Of a stretch of 64,000 nt of DNA, positions 57,153-64,000 are shown in pieces (the first letter of the stretch is position 1; each line of letters begins with the position of its first letter). A program made the position numbers and the translations under genes. The notes below the pieces were generated by a model. The model was not told the DNA's origin. It searched no databases and was given only the letters and a program-made list of their open reading frames with translations. The DNA is from Alphaproteobacteria bacterium (GTDB lineage Bacteria; Pseudomonadota; Alphaproteobacteria; MPNO01; UBA830). The stretch covers positions 5,504,001-5,568,000 of the forward strand of contig OZ251539.1 of assembly GCA_965243135.1 (NCBI GenBank), in the 5' to 3' direction.

Positions 57153-58675
57153 AGCTCCTCTCCCTCGGAAATCCCCAGCGGGTCGCCGATCTCCGCCGAC
57201 ACCAGGAGAACCTGCTCGAACCGCCGCAACGACGCCTTCCGCCCGCCCTCCGGCGCCGGCAGCGTCGCGAGGAAGCTGCCCGTCCGGTCCGACGACGCGG
57301 CGCGGTCGCGGAACCCCGTGACCACCAGCGTCTCGCCCCGGCGGACGCGCTGGGTCACCTGGACGGCGCGCGCCGCGTAGGCCGGCAACTGGATGCGCTG
57401 CGACGCCGACGCGAACTCCCGGAACGCCGGACGGTCCTGAAGGCTCGCGAACAGCCGCACCAGCACCTCGTCCGGACCCGTGATCCGCGGCAGGTACGAC
57501 AGCGAGAACCCCGACGAGATCGTCCCCGGGATCAGCTGCGTCTGCGCCGCCCCGTCCGTCACCGTCGTCCGGATTTCCTTCAGGTACGATTCGTTGAACA
57601 ACTCGAAGAACTGCGCTGGGCGCCCGTTCAGCGACGGCACGTCGGCCGTCAACGTCCGCGAGGCGTTGCCCGCCTGCGACAGCGCCCGCAGCGTCGCCTG
57701 CAGCGTGTCCTCGGCGCTCCGCCCCGGCTTGACCAGCGCGATCTTGCCCTCGCCGACCTCGACGTTGAAGCCGCCCGCGCTGCCGCGGCCGATCCGCTGC
57801 AGCGCCGCGAGGACGCCCAGCTCGTAGTCCGCCGACCGTTCGTAGCGCACCGTGTAGACGTGCGCGGTGAGCGAGACCGGGCGCAGGACCTCCCGGTTCA
57901 GGTGCGCGAGGAAGCGCCGGACGCGGGCGATTTCGCGGGGCAGCCCGCGCACCGCGACCGACGCCGAGGACGGCGCCACCGAAACCCGCGTGCCCTCGTC
58001 GAGCAGCGCCTTCAGCTGGCCGGCGATCTCCTTCCACGGCTCGTACTGCGCCCGAGCCGCCACCTGCTGCCGCGTCAGGTTCGCCGCGCCGTCCTCGCCC
58101 TCCCGGTCCTGGGTCGACGAACTCGCCTCGTAGCTCTGCGACCCGGCGAGCGCGTTGATCCGGAAGATCGCCGTCCGCGAGCGAATCACCGCGATCCGCT
58201 CCGCCTCCGGGTCGTGGCGCCATTCGTAGCCGCGCGCCGCCGTCCAGGCGTCCAGCAGGTCCGCCGGCGGGCCGGTCCACAGATCGCCCGCCGGCGACAG
58301 CGCGTCCCGCGAAACCCCCAGCGCCGGGGGAACTCCTTCGGGCGCGGGACCCGCGAACGAAACGCGCATTCCGTCGAGCGCGGCCTCGAGCCGCCGCGCC
58401 AGAACCCCGTCCGTCTCGTCGCCGCGCAGCGGCAGCGTCACCGGTTCCGCCGGCAACAGGCCGCGGCGCTGGAGATCCTCCGGAAGCGCCGTCAGCCCGA
58501 CGTACGGACGGTCCGCGACGCGAATCGACGAATAGCGATCCGGCGGCGCTTCGAGCCGTTCCGCGATCGCCCGGCCGGCCTCCGCCGCCGCCCGGTCGGC
58601 GGTTTCAAGCTCCGGTTGACCGCAGGCCGCCAGCAGGGCGAGCGGCGCAAAACGAATCGCTGCGATTGACACCAA
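57149..58675 (-). CDS. pilN: Type IVb pilus liposecretin PilN
   Basis: Lipobox LAAC, SLNGRPA, PGTISSGF, IQLP, GETLVVTGF. Confidence 0.88.
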   Translation of the reverse strand: MVSIAAIRFAPLALLAACGQPELETADRAAAEAGRAIAERLEAPPDRYSSIRVADRPYVGLTALPEDLQRRGLLPAEPVTLPLRGDETDGVLARRLEAALDGMRVSFAGPAPEGVPPALGVSRDALSPAGDLWTGPPADLLDAWTAARGYEWRHDPEAERIAVIRSRTAIFRINALAGSQSYEASSSTQDREGEDGAANLTRQQVAARAQYEPWKEIAGQLKALLDEGTRVSVAPSSASVAVRGLPREIARVRRFLAHLNREVLRPVSLTAHVYTVRYERSADYELGVLAALQRIGRGSAGGFNVEVGEGKIALVKPGRSAEDTLQATLRALSQAGNASRTLTADVPSLNGRPAQFFELFNESYLKEIRTTVTDGAAQTQLIPGTISSGFSLSYLPRITGPDEVLVRLFASLQDRPAFREFASASQRIQLPAYAARAVQVTQRVRRGETLVVTGFRDRAASSDRTGSFLATLPAPEGGRKASLRRFEQVLLVSAEIGDPLGISEGEEL

Positions 58676-58731
58676 ACCGAACTCCGTTCACTTTCATGGC
58701 GTGAACGCTGGTCGGCTGGTGACCGTCTACA

Positions 58732-59322
58732 TCACATGACGGCGTAGATGACCAGCGGCGCGGGAACGCGGCCGCCGATATTGGTCTGGAGTTCGACCAG
58801 ATTGAAGCCCCACCACAGGACGGAGCCGACTGCGCCGGCGAGGAAAAGCGCGTCCGAGAGCGCAAGCCGTTCGGTCCTTTTCCAGCGCAAGGCCTCGACG
58901 GCGTACAAGATGCCGCCGAAAACCGCGCCCGCGAGTCCAGCCGGCCAGTAGCCCTCGTAGCGCCTCCAATACTCTTCCTGCGCGCCGAACTGCCAATGGG
59001 CCCAGACCGCGAGCGCGGCGCAGAGCATCGCGAGGTTGGCGAAAGCGAAGAAATCGTCGAGCCAGACCGAGCCTTCGCGCAGCGGCCGGCGGCGGCCCGC
59101 GAACAGGAACAGCGACATGACCGCCACGCCGAGGAAGAAGGTGCCCTTGAAGATCTCGGAGACCGGCGGGCCGAAAAAGGCGATGTGAACGAAGAAATAC
59201 GAATAGGCGACGGCGACGCAGGAAAACAGGATCCTCGGGACGCCCGAGATTTTGCGCGGCGAGGACATTTCCTCGCCGACGAGCCCGATTTTCGTAAGCG
59301 CGGTCAGCGTCCTGCCGGCCAT
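58732..59322 (-). pseudogene. TRAP 4TM/12TM fused permease truncated after 196 aa
   Basis: Follows the TAXI receptor; only N-terminal TMs present, then a stop ~56 bp before pilN. Confidence 0.72.
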
Positions 59323-59386
59323 GCCCGCTCGCTCCCGCGCGGAAATCGCGCCCGGCGCGAAGCGTTCTTCGCGCCGGGCGGGCCTG

Positions 59387-60376
59387 TCAGTATCCCTTTA
59401 CGGCATCGTCCGGGATGTCGAAGCCGCGGCCTTTCCAGTAGGCGGCCGCGGCCGGATGCACTGGAATGCCCACCGTCTTCAGATTGCCGAAATCGCCGTT
59501 CAGCGTCTTCCAGTACCGCGCGGTCTTCGCCAGTTTTTTCAGGTTGGCCGGGTCGGCGATGGTCTTCAGCAAGGCGCCCACGGCGCCGTCCGACATGCGC
59601 TTGTTCGCGATCCAGTAGACGTCGTAAGAGATCGACCGGGCAGGCTTGTCCATGCCCCGCACGTCCTTCTGGACCGGGATCGTGATCGCCGCGTAGAACG
59701 GGTTTCGCTCGATGAGGCTCTTCTGCTCGCTCTCGCTCAGTCCGACGTAGCGCACTGGTTTGGTGATGGAAAGCTGCGTCAGCGCCGGGATAAGGAAAGG
59801 CGTGCCGGCGGAGCAGAAGACGTCGATCTGGCGGTCGCCCAGGGCGCGGGCGGACGCGGCGAAGCCCAGGTTCCGGATCTTGATGTCGTCGAAAACGCCG
59901 GCGCCCTTCATGACGTTGCGGCAATTGACGTTGCTGCCCGATCCCTTGTTGAGCAGGTTGACCACCTTGCCCTTCATGTCCTGGAAAGACCGGATCGGAC
60001 TGTCGGCCAGCACGGCGATGATCTGCGACTGCTTGCGCACGTTGGCGATGATCCGGAAGTCCCGTCCGGGACCGTCCTTCTCGAACAGCCCGACGCCGTT
60101 CCACGCCTGGTAGACCTGCCCGACATGGCCCCATGCCGTATCGAAGTCTCCGAGCGACACGCGGCGGACGTTGTCGACCGATCCGTTCGAAGGCGAATAG
60201 TTGAACTTGTACTTGCCCTCGAGCGCGGCGTTCAGCATCTGGGCGCCGGCGCTCACCGCCGGATGCCAGCCGCCGCCGGCGGGGCCGCCGCCGATCCGGT
60301 ATTGCTCGACGGCCTGGGCGGAACCGGCGGCGGCGAGCGCCGCGCCGGCGATGGTCAGCGTTCTGAAGATATTCAC
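59387..60376 (-). CDS. TAXI-family TRAP solute-binding protein
   Basis: AAGGAG RBS, signal peptide, IGGGPAGG, GSVDN, MKGKVV...GSG, IPVHPAAAAYW. Confidence 0.92.
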   Translation of the reverse strand: MNIFRTLTIAGAALAAAGSAQAVEQYRIGGGPAGGGWHPAVSAGAQMLNAALEGKYKFNYSPSNGSVDNVRRVSLGDFDTAWGHVGQVYQAWNGVGLFEKDGPGRDFRIIANVRKQSQIIAVLADSPIRSFQDMKGKVVNLLNKGSGSNVNCRNVMKGAGVFDDIKIRNLGFAASARALGDRQIDVFCSAGTPFLIPALTQLSITKPVRYVGLSESEQKSLIERNPFYAAITIPVQKDVRGMDKPARSISYDVYWIANKRMSDGAVGALLKTIADPANLKKLAKTARYWKTLNGDFGNLKTVGIPVHPAAAAYWKGRGFDIPDDAVKGY

Positions 60377-60408
60377 GTCTTGCTCCTTGGCTGGTTGAAG
60401 GCGGCGGG

Positions 60409-60822
60409 CTATTCGACGGGCGTGCCGGCGATGCCGTGCCGCAGATCCTTGCAGGTGAAAAACTTCGCGTCGTCGCCCGGCAGGACGTCCACGCCGTGAA
60501 CCACGCCGGCGGGAATGTAGATCAGCTCGCCCGGACCGACTTCCCGTTCCTGTCCGTCGACCACCGCGCGCAGGCGGCCCGCCATCAGGTAGATCCACTG
60601 TTCGTTCGGATGCGTGTGCGGGGCCGAGGACTGCCCGGCGGGGATGGTCATCACGCCGACCTGGGTCAATTCGCCTTCGACGACCGGACCGGCGGTCGGC
60701 GCGTAGCCCGGTCCGGCCTCCACGGTCGCGAGCGCCGCCACGTCGAAATAATAGCTTCCGTTGCCGCCCTTGTAGGCGCCTTCGGTCTTGGTCCGGGGAT
60801 GTTCGCCCATGAGGTTCTCCAT
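60409..60822 (-). CDS. Cupin domain protein
   Basis: HTHPNEQ...GELIYIPAGVVH. Confidence 0.9.
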   Translation of the reverse strand: MENLMGEHPRTKTEGAYKGGNGSYYFDVAALATVEAGPGYAPTAGPVVEGELTQVGVMTIPAGQSSAPHTHPNEQWIYLMAGRLRAVVDGQEREVGPGELIYIPAGVVHGVDVLPGDDAKFFTCKDLRHGIAGTPVE

Positions 60823-61125
60823 TTTCTGCCGACCCTGCGAGGGTAGTCGCAGCCTTGCGCGGCGGCAACCCGGTCGCTTTCCGCGCCGGGGCCGTCCGTT
60901 GCGCGGCGCCGTTTTTCGTCGGCTGCCCGTCCGGTCGGCGGCGTGAGGCGGCGCGAATTTCCGGGCAGCCCCGTTTGCTGCGCCGAAGCCGGGGGAAGGC
61001 CGGACAACGCCCCGGAACTCCGAAGCGCAGCCGGCCCGCCGCGGGCGGATTCGGAAACCGCGACGGTGCGTTCCTCAAGAAGAAGACCGGTTTTCTCCGC
61101 GCGCGACCGCGCTCCGTCACCGCGT

Positions 61126-62362
61126 CGCGCCCGTCGACCGTCAGTCGCGGATGTCCTGCAAAATCCGCCCTGTCGCGCGGCCCGTCCCCAAAGCGCTCGC
61201 CTTTCGGCGCGCGAGTCCGGCCGCCGCGGCGAACTACCCCTGGAACTCGACGTAGAAGACAAGGAGCCTGGACGACGCCTTGCCGGCGACGGGACCGCAA
61301 CAGGTGGCTCGCCTCGAAGCCGCTGCGCCGCGGCTTCGAGGCGCGGAATATCCGCGTCCTCCGCCGTTTCCCGTGCGGCGTCGACCGCCTCCCGGGTTTT
61401 CGGCTCCGAATTCTTTCGTTTCCGTCGGACCGCGAACTTTCGGTCGGTCCGCGCAAAACGAGGCCGGCCCGCCGCCGTCAGAAGCGCATCGCGAGGCTGA
61501 TTCCGCCGTCGAATTCGCCGTTGTCGATGCCGCGGGCGGCGTATCCGGCGGAGGCGCGCAGCGCGTAGCGGCCGTCCCCCCAGCCGTGCGCGCCGCCGGC
61601 TCCGATGCGGAACCCCGTCTTCTCCGTCTCGGTCGCGCTCAGCGCGACGTCCGAAGCCAGGTGCGCCCCCCAGATCCGCGCCGACCTCCTGTCCGAGAAC
61701 TCGTGGGTGGCCTCCACCGAACCGAACAGCCGGAAGCCGGCCTCCATCTCGACGCGCAGCCCGGCGCGGCCCACGAGGCTCCGCGCGTCCTCCACCGACA
61801 CGCGCTCGTTGGCGCTTCGCGCGAAACTCAGATCCACCTCGGACCAGGAGAGGCCGGCGCCGGGCGTCACGGTCAGACCGCCGCCCATGTCCGTCCGCCG
61901 CCCGACCTCCACGCCGAGAGCCAACCCCAGCCCCTTCGCGTTGTCCGTCAGAACCGTCCGGCCGGAGGTCAGCTCGACATCGTACCAGGTCGCCATCGCC
62001 TGCGCGTCCACGTGGAAGCCGCCGCCGAGGAACGCCGTCCCGTGCGCGCCCGCGCCGACCCCGGACAGATCGATCTCGGCGCCGGACCCCGCCATCTCCG
62101 CCGAGCCCTGCAGCCCGCGCACCGACACGCCGAACCGCCCGTCGCCGCCCACCGCGAAGTCCACCCCCGCCTGCACGCCGTACCGGCGGTAGTCGAAGGC
62201 CATGTTCGGCTGCGTCGCGTTCTTCGCCCTCCACTCGCCGTCCGCGCCGTCGATCCGCGCCCAGCCGCCGGCGGCGTCCCGCGCCGCCGCCATGCGCTCC
62301 CCGTAGGTCGGCAGCCCGTTCATCGCCAGCAGCGCCGCCGGCAGCGCCTCGTAGAGGCGGCA
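61126..62362. repeat. Second copy of the autotransporter-barrel plus downstream repeat (pairs with 17152-18415)
   Basis: Alignment by eye. Confidence 0.9.
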
Positions 62363-64000
62363 CTTGTCCGGTATCCCCGCCATGGCGCAATCCATGCGGC
62401 CCATGAGGCGTTCCGGCTCCCTGTCGGGTTCGAGTTCCCGCTCCCTGCCGGGGCCGGGTTCCTCCCTGCCGGGGCCGGATTCCAGAGAGTTTCCGTCAAC
62501 AATCACCGGAAAATACATGCCGCTGTTCAGATCCGGATCGGACGGCTCCCCCATGGCGACCCGGATTTCGCCGCCTCCTTCGCCGCCGACGGTGCCGCCC
62601 AGTCGTTCGATCGCGTCCTTGCGGCTCGCCGGCGTGAATCCGCCGCCTTCGGCGGCGAGATCGGGATCCTGGATCGCGATCAACACGGTCCGGTCGCCCT
62701 CCCGCAGGATCGCGACAGTCGCCCCGTTGGGGTTCACGCGCCCCTTCGGACCGACGACGACGCGGCCGCCGCCGGTCAGATGCACCGCCGCGCCCGCGCC
62801 CGCGCTGCCGCGCACCTCGCCGTCGATGCGGATCTCCGCCCGGCCGGGATCGTTGACCAGGATGGCGGGTTGCCCGGAACCGGCGATCAGCAAGCCTCTC
62901 TCGCCGACCGTCAGCCTGCCGCCGCCCGCCAGATGCACGGCCGCGTCCGTCCCGCCCGTCACCGTGCCGTGCACCGTCACGGTCTGCTTCAGGATGTCGT
63001 CGTCGGTTCCGGCGGTCTCGTCCTCGCCCGCGCCCAGCCCCGCGTTCTCGACGTGGATGCCGGCCATGCCGCCGGTGACGGTCGCGCCCGCGGCGACGGT
63101 GACGCGTATGGCCCCGTTGTCGTCGTCGGACGTCGGGTAGTAGGCGTGAATGCCGTGGTGGCCCGTCGAGCGGACCCTTGCGCCCGCGGCCACGTCGATG
63201 GCGATGTCGACGGCGTCTCGCGAGACGGCCTCGATGGCGGGCACGTTCTCCGTCTCCACGATCTCGCCGCTTGCCACGCTTATTTCGGAAGCGGGTTTCA
63301 GAGCGATTTCGTCGAGAGTTACCGGAAAATATGCGCCGCTGGGGGTATCCGGATCGTCCGGCTCCCCCATGGCGACCCGGATTTCGCCGCCTCCTTCGCC
63401 GCCGACCGCGCCGCCCAGCCGCTCGATCGCGTCTTCGACGCCCGGCTGCGTGAACCCGCCGCCGTCGAGGGCGAGGCCAGGATCCTGGAGCACGATCAGC
63501 TCGGTCCTCTCGCCGTCGCGCCGGATCGCGAGTTCGGCCCCGTTGTCGAGCGCTACGCGTCCGGCCGGGCCGACCGTCAGCTCGCTGCCGGCGCCGGCCA
63601 GATGCACTGCCGGCGTCGCTTCGGCTCCGCCGCCTCGGCCGCCGCGCACCTCGCCGTCGACGCGAACGACCGCCCGCCCGCCGGCCAGGATCGCCAGGCC
63701 CGAAGAGCCGGCGCGCACCTTGCCCGTTGCGCCGACCGTCAGCCTGCCGCCGCCCGCCAGATGCACGGCCGCGCCCGCCCCGCCCGTCACCGTGCCGTGC
63801 ACCGTCACGGTCTGCTTCAGGATGCGGTCGGCGCCCGTTCCCGTGGCGCCCGCGTTGGCGGCGTAGATCCCCGCCATGCCGCCCTCGACGGTCGCGCCGG
63901 CGGCGATGGCGACGGAGATGGCCCCGTTGTCGTCGTGGGGCGTCGCGTAGTAGGCGCGGATGCCGTCGCCCCGCGAGTCGATGGAGCCGGCCGTCATGCT
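61478..64000 (-). CDS. Autotransporter paralog (5' part outside the window)
   Basis: Barrel highly similar to 17504-18420, ends MRF; duplicated passenger module GI.AYY.T..DDNGAI...ILKQTVTVHG. Confidence 0.92.
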   Translation of the reverse strand, partial: SMTAGSIDSRGDGIRAYYATPHDDNGAISVAIAAGATVEGGMAGIYAANAGATGTGADRILKQTVTVHGTVTGGAGAAVHLAGGGRLTVGATGKVRAGSSGLAILAGGRAVVRVDGEVRGGRGGGAEATPAVHLAGAGSELTVGPAGRVALDNGAELAIRRDGERTELIVLQDPGLALDGGGFTQPGVEDAIERLGGAVGGEGGGEIRVAMGEPDDPDTPSGAYFPVTLDEIALKPASEISVASGEIVETENVPAIEAVSRDAVDIAIDVAAGARVRSTGHHGIHAYYPTSDDDNGAIRVTVAAGATVTGGMAGIHVENAGLGAGEDETAGTDDDILKQTVTVHGTVTGGTDAAVHLAGGGRLTVGERGLLIAGSGQPAILVNDPGRAEIRIDGEVRGSAGAGAAVHLTGGGRVVVGPKGRVNPNGATVAILREGDRTVLIAIQDPDLAAEGGGFTPASRKDAIERLGGTVGGEGGGEIRVAMGEPSDPDLNSGMYFPVIVDGNSLESGPGREEPGPGRERELEPDREPERLMGRMDCAMAGIPDKCRLYEALPAALLAMNGLPTYGERMAAARDAAGGWARIDGADGEWRAKNATQPNMAFDYRRYGVQAGVDFAVGGDGRFGVSVRGLQGSAEMAGSGAEIDLSGVGAGAHGTAFLGGGFHVDAQAMATWYDVELTSGRTVLTDNAKGLGLALGVEVGRRTDMGGGLTVTPGAGLSWSEVDLSFARSANERVSVEDARSLVGRAGLRVEMEAGFRLFGSVEATHEFSDRRSARIWGAHLASDVALSATETEKTGFRIGAGGAHGWGDGRYALRASAGYAARGIDNGEFDGGISLAMRF

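Larger units (their letters stand above)
29827..58675 (-). mobile_element. ICE/plasmid-derived type IVb pilus plus MPF-I (Dot/Icm-like) T4BSS operon
   Basis: ~28 co-oriented genes, mostly with overlapping stop/start codons; IncI pil/tra-like order; very high GC. Confidence 0.85.

Noticed and set aside
1-64000. tRNA/rRNA genes, relaxase, oriT
   Set aside because: None recognised by eye; tRNAscan-SE and MOBscan would be needed to exclude them formally

Overview
High-GC bacterial accessory region, probably proteobacterial. The ankyrin protein, autotransporters and eroded IS elements are compatible with a host-associated symbiont (inference). 1-11.5 kb is a defence island: EcoRII-type RM (HTH-fused C5 MTase, vsr, REase), a stand-alone TIR-like protein, a truncated GHKL/MORC ATPase, a decayed and an intact C5-MTase + NotI-like nuclease module, and one intact plus four decayed copies of a tyrosine recombinase. 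The RM cassette is flanked by 9-bp direct repeats (CCCGGCGAC) next to hairpins, and the joined 'empty' allele sits 3 kb upstream. 11.7-30 kb holds three diverged GIY-YIG-like genes tied to duplicated ends of the secretion locus, IS relics (IS1182, ISAzo13, IS110, ISKra4-like with TIRs and target duplication), a TbpB-like lipoprotein, an autotransporter, an ankyrin protein and a trypsin-like protease. 29.8-58.7 kb is one tightly coupled minus-strand operon: type IVb pilus (pilN-O-X-P-Q-R-S-V-V'-U) plus IncI/Dot-Icm-like T4BSS and a VirD4-type coupling protein, with no relaxase in the window. The operon is fused directly behind a truncated TRAP permease. 58.7-64 kb: cupin, TAXI receptor, truncated TRAP permease, and a second paralogous autotransporter. 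All family calls come from motif recognition by eye; no database searches were run.
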